This document shows, one piece after another, positions 30,609 through 39,868 of a stretch of DNA of 64,000 nt. The notes beneath the pieces were generated by a model. The model had not been told where the DNA came from. It searched no databases and saw nothing but the letters and a program-made list of their open reading frames with translations. The stretch is from a virus (Duplodnaviria > Caudoviricetes), in the IMG/VR virus record IMGVR_UViG_3300005973_000002, one strand, 5' to 3'. Numbering within the stretch: the stretch's first letter is position 1; every line of letters begins with the position of its first letter. A program made the translations under genes and the position numbers.

Positions 30609-30896
30609 ATGGCTTGGAATCACGAAGAGACTACCCTTGATGGTACCAAGATTTTCAAACCTGGCGAACTCGTTCAGGTTGATCTTACAAAACACATGCT
30701 CATTGATGCAGAAAAGCCGGTAATAAATCCAGACAAGTGGATTAAAACCGACTTTTATGTTTCTGAATATGGGCCTACGCCCATTGTAATGATACTGGAT
30801 CTCAACAACCTAGAGAATTATTACCAGATTGCCATCGGAGAAAAAAAGTTCTGGTATCCTCTCAAGTATATCACTGAAGTGCCTACTGAAAGATGA
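30609..30896 (+). CDS. Small beta-barrel (SH3/KOW-like) protein
   Basis: FKPGELVQV...VMIL...YYQIAIGEKKFWYPLKYITEV pattern. Confidence 0.55.
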   Translation: MAWNHEETTLDGTKIFKPGELVQVDLTKHMLIDAEKPVINPDKWIKTDFYVSEYGPTPIVMILDLNNLENYYQIAIGEKKFWYPLKYITEVPTER

Positions 30897-31598
30897 TTAG
30901 CGAGGACGGCCCCTACCAATGCCCATGCCTCGGGCACCAAGGCCACCAATATCCTTGCCCATCTGCACAAGACGTTGTCCTGGGCCCATCATAAACGATT
31001 TTTGCGCCTTTTCAATGTCAGCTGCCTCACGGCCTGCGGAATAAACTCCAGAGCCACGTGGTACCGCCTGAAAGAGCTTGTCAGCAGCATCATTCAATGA
31101 TTGCGAAAGGCTTTGGAGGGTGTAAGCGGCAGCCGCAAATGGTTTGCTTAGCTCTTCTTTTGTTGCCGAATCAACTTCGGCAACTTTCTGAAGCTCATAA
31201 AGATCATAAAGTTGATCAATGTAGCTATTGAGTGCTTGTTCCACTGCTCTTACATCGGTAAGTTTTGTTGCAGCAAGATTTTTTCTTGCTTTTTCAACAC
31301 CTTTTGCCATCTGCATTACGGCCCTGGTGTCTCTTTGTTGCGCTTTAGCCTGCGCTTTTTCGCCTTTTTCCTTACCCATTCTTTCCAAGTCTTGAACGCC
31401 TAGTTTTTTAAACGGACCGAAAAATTCAAGCAGTTGTTTCTTGCTGTTGATTTTCTTGTGCTCTTTAAGAAATGGTGTATTGTATAAGCAAACTAAAGCA
31501 TAGTGCGCAGCCTGTTTCTGTTCTAGTGCAATGGAGGTCGATTCTCTTTTGACAGACTCGCTGACAAGCTTACGAAGTTGTGATTTTTTGATCTTCAT
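30897..31598 (-). CDS. Helical protein with MKIKKSQLRKLVSE leader (putative head internal protein)
   Basis: Leader motif; LLE site before a K/Q/A-rich coiled coil. Confidence 0.7.
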   Translation of the reverse strand: MKIKKSQLRKLVSESVKRESTSIALEQKQAAHYALVCLYNTPFLKEHKKINSKKQLLEFFGPFKKLGVQDLERMGKEKGEKAQAKAQQRDTRAVMQMAKGVEKARKNLAATKLTDVRAVEQALNSYIDQLYDLYELQKVAEVDSATKEELSKPFAAAAYTLQSLSQSLNDAADKLFQAVPRGSGVYSAGREAADIEKAQKSFMMGPGQRLVQMGKDIGGLGARGMGIGRGRPR

Positions 31599-31660
31599 TT
31601 TGTTCTCCGGAGTTAGCTGTAATTAGCTTTATTCCAACATTATTCTTATTAAGATTTGAT

Positions 31661-32389
31661 TTATCGCCCTCTTTGGCGTTCATATTCCTTAAAAGTTTCA
31701 ACAAAAACTCTATTGAGTTCAATAAGCTTTTGCGAAATTTGATTCAAGATCTTACCAAGAGCCTTTAGTTCATTTAGGAAGACAGAAACTGAAGTAACGT
31801 TTCTAGCATTTTTAAGCATTTGCTCTCCTTCGATTGCAATGCTTTTTACTTCACTGGCAGTAATCAAAATATTTCGAGCGAGATTTCTTCTTCCTACTGG
31901 CGTATCAGGATTCAAGTTCATTTCTGCCATTGGTATCTTTTTGAGTCCTGTCAATATAAGAACTTCCGTATAGCTTTTTTGCACTTTTGGCAATTCTTTT
32001 TGTTGAAGACCTTCAAGATTTTCATAAATTTGGATGAGCTTTGTTTTGAAGTTTTGTCGTGTATCGGCAGTCATAGCCTGATTGGCCAATCTCATTATAA
32101 TATTGAGTCGAGCAACTATATCACCGTAATCTTGGTATACCCTGTCCAGAATATTTTCTCTGCCTTCTTGCGTGCCAATGTCTGTTGTTTCAGATGTTGA
32201 TTGTTGCTTGAACTTTTGTCGAAGACGTCTTTTCCTTTCAGCAGGAGTTTCAGGTTTGGCCGGCACATCTCCCACAAAAGCTGGGTCGGTAGGTTGAGTT
32301 TGTGGAATAGACCGAGGTTCTGCTTCAGTAAGCACTTCAAGCAGAACACCTTTGATCATCTTTCTAAGTTCGACTTTGTTCAATTTCAT
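31661..32389 (-). CDS. Helical protein with MKLNKVELRKMIKGVLLEVLTE leader (putative head internal protein)
   Basis: Leader motif plus LLE/LTE sites. Confidence 0.7.
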   Translation of the reverse strand: MKLNKVELRKMIKGVLLEVLTEAEPRSIPQTQPTDPAFVGDVPAKPETPAERKRRLRQKFKQQSTSETTDIGTQEGRENILDRVYQDYGDIVARLNIIMRLANQAMTADTRQNFKTKLIQIYENLEGLQQKELPKVQKSYTEVLILTGLKKIPMAEMNLNPDTPVGRRNLARNILITASEVKSIAIEGEQMLKNARNVTSVSVFLNELKALGKILNQISQKLIELNRVFVETFKEYERQRGR

Positions 32390-32468
32390 AAGTTTACTAG
32401 TAGTCTACATAAATAGCATTGTCAATATAGTGTTCAATACACATTTACTACAAAGTTTATTATTCTCC

Positions 32469-32493
32469 AAAAGAGGACCAAGGGTCCTCTTTT
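32469..32493. terminator. Hairpin AAAAGAGGACC-AAG-GGTCCTCTTTT
   Basis: 11-bp perfect stem with A/T tails in a divergent intergenic region. Confidence 0.45.
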
Positions 32494-32506
32494 GCTAATT
32501 AAATTC

Positions 32507-32848
32507 ATGATTATTGAAATAACAATTGGTTTTCTTTTATTTGTGGTTGGCTACCTTGTTGGTCGAGTCGATCTAATTCACAGGACTATAAAAGACAAGC
32601 ACGAAACCATGCAGGCGGTTGCAGGGCCAATAAAAGTAGAAAAAACCAATAAAAGAAACGTGATTGACGACGATACACCGACGATCGAACCTCCCAAGAT
32701 CTCTATAGACGAAAGTAAGTTCGTAACAACTATTAATACAGATTCTTTTCAAAAAGACTTCGAAGATTTGGGAGAAAGAACAGTATCAGAAGATAATATC
32801 AGTTCGTCGGTTTCAAAACTTAGTCAATTGAAAAGAAACAAGGAGTAA
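32507..32848 (+). CDS. Membrane-anchored protein upstream of the actin-like gene
   Basis: ATG at 32507; IIEITIGFLLFVVGYLVG transmembrane segment. Confidence 0.7.
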   Translation: MIIEITIGFLLFVVGYLVGRVDLIHRTIKDKHETMQAVAGPIKVEKTNKRNVIDDDTPTIEPPKISIDESKFVTTINTDSFQKDFEDLGERTVSEDNISSSVSKLSQLKRNKE

Positions 32849-32853
32849 AAAAT

Positions 32854-33858
32854 ATGAGCAAGGGTTTAGATGTTGGTACATCATTTGTAATTCTTTCCTC
32901 TCATGGAAAAGATGGTACTGTTGAATACAGTGAAATTCGTGATGCGTTTTACGTGATAAAACCATCAACTCCAATCGCCACCAAAATGATTGAAAAAGGT
33001 TTGAAAGGCAAAACATTCGTAAAAGACGCAGACGGTTCATTTGTTCTTCTTGGACAGGATGCTATTGAGAAAGCGGTCGAGAGAAATGATAGCGCAAAAA
33101 GGCCAATGTATCGTGGTGTCGTTTCTGCCAAAGAGAAGGATGCTCGACGAGTTCTTTCGTTCCTTCTTAAAGAAGTGGTAGGGAAAGCCAAGAAAAAGGG
33201 AGAGAAGCTTGTTTTTTGTGTGCCAGCACAGCCTGTAGACCAAGCAGATGATGAATTTGATGTTGGTTATCATGAAGACGTTGTGACAAAAATCTTATCC
33301 GAGCAAGGTTATGATTGTCGTGCTATTAATGAAGCAGAAGCTCTCTGTTATTCCGAGCTTGAAAATGATGATTATACTGGTGTTGCTCTTTCTTGGGGCG
33401 CAGGAATGGTGAATTGCTGCGTAATGTTGAATGGCGAACCAGTGCTTACCTTCTCAACAACCCGTTCTGGTGACTGGATTGATCGTATGGCAGCAGTTGC
33501 AACCGGAGAGCCAGATTCTATCGTGCAGGCCGAAAAAGAAAACGGCGAGTTTACTATTGGTCAAGCTAACGAAAATCAGGTTCTTGAGGCTGTAGCTGCA
33601 AGCTACGTTCGTTTGATTGATTACACTACAAAACAGTTAGCTGCACATTTGTCAGTTTCTTCAGCACTTCCAAAGTTCAAAGACCCACTTCCAGTTGTTG
33701 TGGCTGGTGGCACTTCAAAAGCAAAGGGATTTGTCGACATGCTTGAGAAGAAACTTAAAGAAAACAATTTCCCTGTTGAGCTAAAAGAGGTTCGCCATGC
33801 AGAAGATCCTCTTCGTGCAGTATCTCGTGGATGTTTAATTGCTAGTGAATTGTTTTAG
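32854..33858 (+). CDS. Actin-fold ATPase (MreB/MamK/ParM/FtsA superfamily)
   Basis: Phosphate-1 GLDVGTS, connect-1 NEAEAL, phosphate-2 SWGAG and adenosine VAGGTS motifs in the expected order. Confidence 0.85.
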   Translation: MSKGLDVGTSFVILSSHGKDGTVEYSEIRDAFYVIKPSTPIATKMIEKGLKGKTFVKDADGSFVLLGQDAIEKAVERNDSAKRPMYRGVVSAKEKDARRVLSFLLKEVVGKAKKKGEKLVFCVPAQPVDQADDEFDVGYHEDVVTKILSEQGYDCRAINEAEALCYSELENDDYTGVALSWGAGMVNCCVMLNGEPVLTFSTTRSGDWIDRMAAVATGEPDSIVQAEKENGEFTIGQANENQVLEAVAASYVRLIDYTTKQLAAHLSVSSALPKFKDPLPVVVAGGTSKAKGFVDMLEKKLKENNFPVELKEVRHAEDPLRAVSRGCLIASELF

Positions 33859-34005
33859 TTCACCTGGGCTTAAACCCAGGGACGCAAAAAACAACCAAAA
33901 ACAGCCAAAAAATCTAAATCATATTGGAAAAAAGGGATTTAGATGTTAATAACAGTTGCGAATTAACACGTCGAATGTTTTATCCAGTGGATCATATTTA
34001 ATTGT

Positions 34006-34731
34006 ATGGGTAAAAAATCTTGGACAGTAGACTGGTCTAAAGTTGACTGGTCTAAAAACAATGCTGAAATAGCAAGAGAATTAAATGTTGACACTTCAAG
34101 TGTTTGGTCGAAACGAAAAAATTTAGGACTTGCTTCATCGACTAAGAAAATAAATTCAGGTATTGAAAACTTGCCTAATGGAGCAGCCATAAATTGGGAT
34201 AAAACTAAAAGATTTAAAGATGGGAACTCAATTAGGCGAATTTTCTGTCTGAGGTGTGGTATTTGCAAACAATGGAGAATGGTTAGGACAGTAAATATAG
34301 GAAAAATCAGACAAGGAAAAATGTCAATCTGTTTGTTATGTTCGAAAATTATAAGGAGCGGTCAAAGTAAAACAGGTATGGTAGGAAAACACTATAACAG
34401 TTCTGGGTACATTGTATGTCTACTTGACTTCTTTTCAGAAAAAGAACAAAAAATTCTTAAACCAATGTCAGTAACACATAATGGAAAAAGAAATCCTGAA
34501 ATACTTGAACATAGAGCTATTATGGCACTAAGCCTCAAAAGACCTCTTTTATCAAATGAGGTTGTTCATCATATCAATGGAGTTAAAGATGATAATAGGA
34601 TAGAAAATCTTGAGCTTCTCAATAGAAATGAACATTCTGGTGAACACAGAAAACTCCTCCTGGAGTTAAGAAAATTAAAAATTGAAAACAAAAAACTCAA
34701 AGAAAAGCTTGTTGCAGCAGAAATTTTTTAG
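34006..34731 (+). mobile_element. Free-standing HNH homing endonuclease
   Basis: EHRAIM..EVVHHINGVKDDNRIENLEL..EH motif; N-terminal HTH-like segment; AT-rich. Confidence 0.85.
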
Positions 34732-34786
34732 AAGGGTGGGTTGAGGGAGCCTTTGAAACTCAGCCACTAAAAGAGGACAAACCTGC

Positions 34787-34821
34787 AAAAAAAAGGCTGC
34801 CCATGAACAACATGGGCAGCC
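34787..34821 (-). terminator. Rho-independent terminator
   Basis: 11-bp stem GGCTGCCCATG/CATGGGCAGCC followed by T8 on the minus strand. Confidence 0.8.
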
Positions 34822-34845
34822 AAAAGGGATTTGCACGCTAATCTA

Positions 34846-35661
34846 TCAAAAGATGTACATCGTGTCATATTCCTTTTCAAAATCGTCATATGCCTTTTCA
34901 AGCACATCTTTTGGAATGTCGAAATTGTTACTTGCAAAGTTTAGTGCGTCTTCGTAATCATTCCCTCTTCGATTAACGCTTGTCCAAAAATATTGCGCAG
35001 CGTATTGCAAATCCGACTTGCTCCATTGCTTATCCTCGGCCTGTGTGGCATCTTCTGACTTAATGAAGTCGCTTTTTCTCTTAATGAAGTCGCTTTTTCT
35101 GCCAATATCTGTATCTCTAAATACCGGTTCCCCCCAATGGGTACGTTCCTCTTCTTCTTCCCACGTAGAACCATAAAGATCGCCTAGTTGATCCTCATCA
35201 TACTCTGGATCAGTCTCGTAACCTGGTTCTCTGATGGTAAGCCCTTCATCTTCTGGATCAAAATCATCTAAAGAAAACTCTTCATCTTGAACCGAACCAA
35301 TCATTGTTGGAGGTTGCTGATAATCTACGCCGAGTTCATAATCTTCACCTGGCTTAGGCTGCCAAAGTGTTTCAATGTCTTCTAACGCATCTTTTGCAAA
35401 CTGTGCTTCGCCAATGTTTTTTCGGTCGCTTTCTTCGGCACCAGTAAGCTTTTTGTAAGCAGTTGAAAGCTGGCCCTCAATTTCCTTTGCCATCTCTTGA
35501 TCTTCATCCAAGCCTTTTTCGATGGCAGTTTGAAGTGCTTCCATAGCATTTCTTACATAATGCTTAGCATCCTTAAGGCGGTCTTCGCCTGGATTAGGCT
35601 CGGTCTTTTCTTGTAACACTCCGGCCAATCTCATCCAACGTTCTTTAAGAATTTTTGTCAT
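34846..35661 (-). CDS. Acidic protein with KILKERWMRLAG leader (putative head internal protein)
   Basis: ATG at 35661 with GAGGG SD; RWxxLAG motif followed by LQE. Confidence 0.7.
   Translation of the reverse strand: MTKILKERWMRLAGVLQEKTEPNPGEDRLKDAKHYVRNAMEALQTAIEKGLDEDQEMAKEIEGQLSTAYKKLTGAEESDRKNIGEAQFAKDALEDIETLWQPKPGEDYELGVDYQQPPTMIGSVQDEEFSLDDFDPEDEGLTIREPGYETDPEYDEDQLGDLYGSTWEEEEERTHWGEPVFRDTDIGRKSDFIKRKSDFIKSEDATQAEDKQWSKSDLQYAAQYFWTSVNRRGNDYEDALNFASNNFDIPKDVLEKAYDDFEKEYDTMYIF
35059..35100. repeat. Perfect 21-bp tandem duplication (encodes RKSDFIK twice)
   Basis: CTTAATGAAGTCGCTTTTTCT occurs twice in tandem, in frame. Confidence 0.95.
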
Positions 35662-35695
35662 TTTTTTTCCCTCGAACCAATCTGGTAAATCCATA

Positions 35696-35944
35696 CTATG
35701 GATACGGCGGCCCACTTTTATCGGCCTTGCGATTATCGCATTTCTTGGTTAAGTAGTTTATTGTCGATGATAATTCAAATGGTTTTGGTGGGCAAACAAA
35801 AGGAAATAAAGCATGCAAAATCAAAAAAATAGCAGAAATAAAAAAATGAAAAGAAACACCGAGGGCAAATTTAGCGTGCTGCCAATAAGTTTCTCCCTGT
35901 TCTCCTGGATGTTCGGTGAAAAGTTTTGAAAGTTTCTGAAGCAT
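35696..35944 (-). CDS. Small membrane protein, DUF6356-like
   Basis: LFTEHP..QGETYWQH..FA......HALFPF pattern. Confidence 0.7.
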   Translation of the reverse strand: MLQKLSKLFTEHPGEQGETYWQHAKFALGVSFHFFISAIFLILHALFPFVCPPKPFELSSTINYLTKKCDNRKADKSGPPYP

Positions 35945-35956
35945 GCATTTAAATAG

Positions 35957-35979
35957 AAAAAGGCGGCCATTCGGCCGCC
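35957..35979 (-). terminator. Rho-independent terminator
   Basis: GGCGGCC stem with a 4-nt loop, followed by a T run on the minus strand. Confidence 0.7.
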
Positions 35980-35983
35980 GTGT

Positions 35984-36646
35984 CTATTTGTTGAATATGG
36001 ACAACGGTTTCACAATTTCCTCAGGCTTGGCAGTGTCATATAAATGCATTACAAGATCATAATCAAATGTATCAAACATTACCAAATCTGAGCTGAATTG
36101 TCCATTGTCTTCTTTAAACATATTAGTCGGTATAGTAAGCTTGTTTTTATTGTCTAAAACATGTAAAACATGTTTAACGGTATAAAAAACGATGTTTTTA
36201 TGACAAGACTTTTCAAAATTTTCTGCTGCTTTTACCGTTGTGTGCTTGCGAATTTGTATGAACTCATCTGTAATCATGATAGTTTCTGGAACAAGAAATC
36301 TTTTGGTTTTCCCAATTTCAGAAATCTCTTTCGTGGGACCCAAAACAATATTTGCTTCCATTTCTTCTGAACTGGCACACGTTAAGTTACCAACGCCAAA
36401 ATCGTTTTCTTCGTAGTTGTCAATACCCTCTGGAGATGTAAGCAAAGTACCTGGAACGAATTTAGAAACTTTTGGTTTTATATGAACTACTTCTTCTAAA
36501 GTTACTTCCCCTCTAAATGCATGTTGATTCAAATTTGGATCGGTTCGTTTGCTGCCAATTTTTTCTAAATTAGAGGCAACTTCATCAAGTGAACGATTAA
36601 AGTATCTATCAATCTGTTTAAAAAAGGTTTGTTTCGTATCTTGCAC
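35984..36646 (-). CDS. Hypothetical protein
   Basis: 220-aa ORF, GTG start, own terminator. Confidence 0.65.
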   Translation of the reverse strand: MQDTKQTFFKQIDRYFNRSLDEVASNLEKIGSKRTDPNLNQHAFRGEVTLEEVVHIKPKVSKFVPGTLLTSPEGIDNYEENDFGVGNLTCASSEEMEANIVLGPTKEISEIGKTKRFLVPETIMITDEFIQIRKHTTVKAAENFEKSCHKNIVFYTVKHVLHVLDNKNKLTIPTNMFKEDNGQFSSDLVMFDTFDYDLVMHLYDTAKPEEIVKPLSIFNK

Positions 36647-36696
36647 GGCTTGCCTTTGTTTGCTAATTACCGATTAGCATACGATGAGTTCTTGAT

Positions 36697-37394
36697 TTAG
36701 TCTATATTGCGCAGCCATGAATCGTCGTCTTCTTCAAAATCTTCCGACAAAGAATCAATCATAGCTTCGATCTCTTCAACAGACTTGTCTTCCAGACTAC
36801 GCCGAGGACGAATTCCGTAAACATCCTTGTATACATCCCTATAAGTCTCAATTGCCAAATATTTTGCTAAATCTTCACCGGTTCTTACGTCATATTGTTC
36901 CCAATGAGAAGGATCGACAACTAGTTTAAATGGTCCTTTTGACTGCTTGTTAAGAAGCTCGGCATATTCCGATGCAGTCTCCGGATACTTGCTTTCCCCA
37001 AGGCACCTTCTGCATGTATGGCTTTTAAAAATTTCTTACGATGTTTGGCGTCTTGGAAGGGCTGTAAAGCCGAAACTTTTTTATATGGCCCATCTACCGA
37101 ATCATTAGTTCCAAAGTAAGCAGCGACGTCCTGGGCCGCTTCAGGTGATGTTCTTTCAGCTATCGAAGATGTTGATTCTCCTAGTACGGAAGAGAGATAT
37201 CGTTTAATGTTATGAGTAAGATCATCGAAGACTTCTGGGGCATCTACTGGATCAAGCTCAAGGTCTTTGATTAGGCCAGCCACATGTTTATTAACAACAC
37301 TTGCAACATGGTCATGTTTGGCCATGTGATAAGACGATTCTTTAACAATACCAGCAAGCCGCTGCCATCTCTCTTTTATTATTTTATTTGACAT
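36697..37394 (-). pseudogene. RWxxLAG-leader protein continuing by -1 frameshift into a start-less C-terminal domain (..YRDVYKDVYGIRPR..)
   Basis: MSNKIIKERWQRLAG start at 37394. The -1 frame is open from about 37035 to a TAA at 36697, reads LGESKYPE...HWEQYDVRTGEDLAKYL, and has no early start codon of its own. Confidence 0.65.
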
Positions 37395-37842
37395 CTTTTT
37401 CGAGGCCGTGCTCATCATCCTGATCATCGCCAGCTTCATCTTGAAGATAGTGTGCTACAACGTCCATCATTTCTGCTGCGAGAGTAAGCTTGCTTTGCAC
37501 CCAAGCTTCAAGTTGCGCATCTTCTGGAAGCTTTAAAAGCAATTCTTTGGAATATTTGCGGATTTTTTCAAGTTGACCTCTGGCCATAGAACCCTCGTGG
37601 TCTTCATCAGGCTCAACTTCAATTTTATCAGGATCCAATTCTGGAGCCATCTCTTCTAAAATTCCCTCAAAATTGTATTCCGGTTGTTTAGGACGATTGC
37701 CGAATGGATTACCCATTGGTGCTGGACTTGCCATTCCAAGATTCATAAAACCTTCATTAAGCCGTTCTCTTTCTTCTGTTCCTACAGAAGACTCCTTGAG
37801 TCCAGCGAGCTGTTGCCATCTGTTTTTGTTTATTTTATTCAT
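37384..37842 (-). CDS. RWxxLAG-leader protein with HEGSMARGQL..WVQSKLT..HYL domain (putative head internal protein)
   Basis: NRWQQLAGLKES leader; the C-terminal motif resembles ones I recall from T4-like phage virion proteins. Confidence 0.7.
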   Translation of the reverse strand: MNKINKNRWQQLAGLKESSVGTEERERLNEGFMNLGMASPAPMGNPFGNRPKQPEYNFEGILEEMAPELDPDKIEVEPDEDHEGSMARGQLEKIRKYSKELLLKLPEDAQLEAWVQSKLTLAAEMMDVVAHYLQDEAGDDQDDEHGLEKDVK

Positions 37843-37843
37843 A

Positions 37844-38056
37844 TCAACCTTCCGAATGCCAAGAACCTAATTCTTCTGCAAGCCATTCATCTTCATCAGC
37901 AGGATCCCAACCAGGCTCTTCTTCATCAGAGCGTTTTTTGTCTCTCTGCCACTCAGAAGATGAATCATCTGAATCCTGTATATCAATTTCCAAATCATCA
38001 GCTTCCTTGAGTAAGCCAGCCAATTTCATCCATCGCTCTTTTAAGATTTTGGCCAC
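37844..38056 (-). CDS. Very acidic 70-aa protein with KILKERWMKLAG leader
   Basis: Leader followed by LLKE, then a D/E-rich peptide. Confidence 0.75.
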   Translation of the reverse strand: MAKILKERWMKLAGLLKEADDLEIDIQDSDDSSSEWQRDKKRSDEEEPGWDPADEDEWLAEELGSWHSEG

Positions 38057-38099
38057 GATAATCCTATAAGCTTAACTAGCGGATACTGAATGGTTGTTC

Positions 38100-38491
38100 C
38101 TATTTTGAATTGCCTATTGTCATATGAAAACAAGCTTTTCCACTTGGAGGCATGTTCCACTTTGCCCATTTTGGTAATCCAAGTTCTTCTCTTGTTTTTT
38201 CAAGAAGGAAGAGTGGCAATTAAGCCACCAATAAGTTTCATCATACCAAATGTAGGGTTCATACTCAAAGCTAATCACTTTGTTCTCATACAAGCCCCAC
38301 TTTTTCATATTCAAAGGTCGTTCATTTCTAACAACTGTAATATGAGGTGCATAACGACCAGGCCGACACTTCTGAGACTTTGGAACGAAATTACGATAAT
38401 AACGAGCAATCTCCGTATCGACCAAAAGCGTTAGCTTATAATTGCTTTCGTCAATTATGAAATACTTGAGCACACCTTCAGAACTAAACAT
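38100..38491 (-). pseudogene. 2H phosphoesterase (two HxT motifs), split by a -1 frameshift at the A6 run 38195-38200
   Basis: APHITVV in frame 0; the -1 frame gives TREELGLP...CFHMTIGN followed by TAG at 38100. Confidence 0.75.
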
Positions 38492-38567
38492 TAAAAATAT
38501 TCCAGGAATTTTTAAAAGAAAAAGCCATACTATGAGTATGGCAAACATCAATTAGATTCAAAATGTC

Positions 38568-38873
38568 TTACTTGTCAGCTTTTGCTTTTTCTGCAAGGCT
38601 GTTAAGCCATGCAGTCAAGTTCTCATCAACAATAAAATTCCCGACTTCCTTACCTAACTCTTGTAACATTGCTACATCTGCTTCTTCAGACGGTTCAAGC
38701 CAATAGTGTAATGCGTACCAAGCTTGTACTGCTTCATCCATAGATTGAATAAAAGTATCGAGAAGCTCTTTTCCTTCTCCTCCTAAGTCTTGTTGTAGAA
38801 TATCGTTTCCGCCAACCTGTTCATTGATGGCTTCTCGGATCATTTCTCTAAGTTGTGACTTGGTTATTTTCAT
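38568..38873 (-). CDS. Acidic protein with MKITKSQLREMIREAINE leader
   Basis: ATG at 38873 with GGAG SD and an upstream CTATTTAAG motif; the longer ORF start at 39035 is unlikely. Confidence 0.75.
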   Translation of the reverse strand: MKITKSQLREMIREAINEQVGGNDILQQDLGGEGKELLDTFIQSMDEAVQAWYALHYWLEPSEEADVAMLQELGKEVGNFIVDENLTAWLNSLAEKAKADK

Positions 38874-38898
38874 TTCATACTCCGACAAGCTTAAATAG

Positions 38899-38927
38899 AA
38901 AAGACCTGGCTTTTGGCCAGGTCTTTT
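38899..38927. terminator. Bidirectional rho-independent terminator
   Basis: AAAAGACCTGGC-TTTTG-GCCAGGTCTTTT. Confidence 0.8.
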
Positions 38928-38946
38928 CTGGGTTGCAAAGCTGAAA

Positions 38947-39792
38947 TTAGTTATGTTCTTTACTGTGACATTTGGAACACAGGACAACGCCGGACACATT
39001 GTTTTGAATGTGGTAGTCAGCAACGGCTTCTGCAATTTGATCTTTGATATTAATCAAATTTTGATCATTTGCTGGTGCATTGCTGTTGTAATAATGATCC
39101 CATTTAAATTTTTTAGCAAATTTACGAATTATGGAAGACATTGTTTCTTTGTTGTGATGTATTTCCAAGCCAGGACCAGGTTTTTTACACATGACACATT
39201 GAAATTTTGCCGCTTTAAGCAAAGGATATTTCCAATTTGAATAAAGTTTAATACTACTACGACAATATTGATTTAGTGGGCTGATACCACCTTTCCATTG
39301 GCTATGGTTCTCTTTGTGAAGTGTCGGTATTGTTCCATCTAAACGTCCTTTGCGCATACGTTTTGAACGTTTTTCAATTTCAACTTTATTTGTTTTAATG
39401 GAGTTAGCCATTTTGGCTATGCGGTCGTCGGTTTCTTTTGATAAACCTTTGCCCCAATGTTCACTAGTTTCTTTTAGGTGAAATGGTTTCCAGCCTCCAC
39501 TTTCAATCATCTTTTTACGTGTTTTAGCGCTGTTTTGTTGGGCTTTGTTTGAAACAAAATTATTTTTTTCTGGTATGCGTGCTGCGTGTCCATGAATAAA
39601 TTCACGAAACCCACGAGTTATATCAAGAAATTTTACTTCCCCGCCACAACCACAAGCACACGTGGGCTCTCTGCCATTGTAATACAAGTCAACAATTAAA
39701 TCTTTTGACTTTTTCTTGTGCCCTTTTCTGTAATGGACAGACAAAGAAATAAGTTTTTCATATTGGTTTTTGCACAAAGGGCACTTAAACAC
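38947..39792 (-). mobile_element. Free-standing HNH homing endonuclease with Zn-finger-like N-terminus
   Basis: CPLC and CACGCG motifs; WKGG...FQCVMC..LEIHH..VLCSKCH. Confidence 0.8.
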
Positions 39793-39868
39793 AAAACTCT
39801 CCTTGAACTGTCTTCTAAGGAGAGTTTACCATGTTGTTTGATATTTGTGTACTGCGAACAAATATATT

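Noticed and set aside
35984-36646. Possible HK97/encapsulin-like fold fragment
   Set aside because: Only a vague pattern resemblance; it needs HHpred or structure prediction, so it is left as hypothetical.
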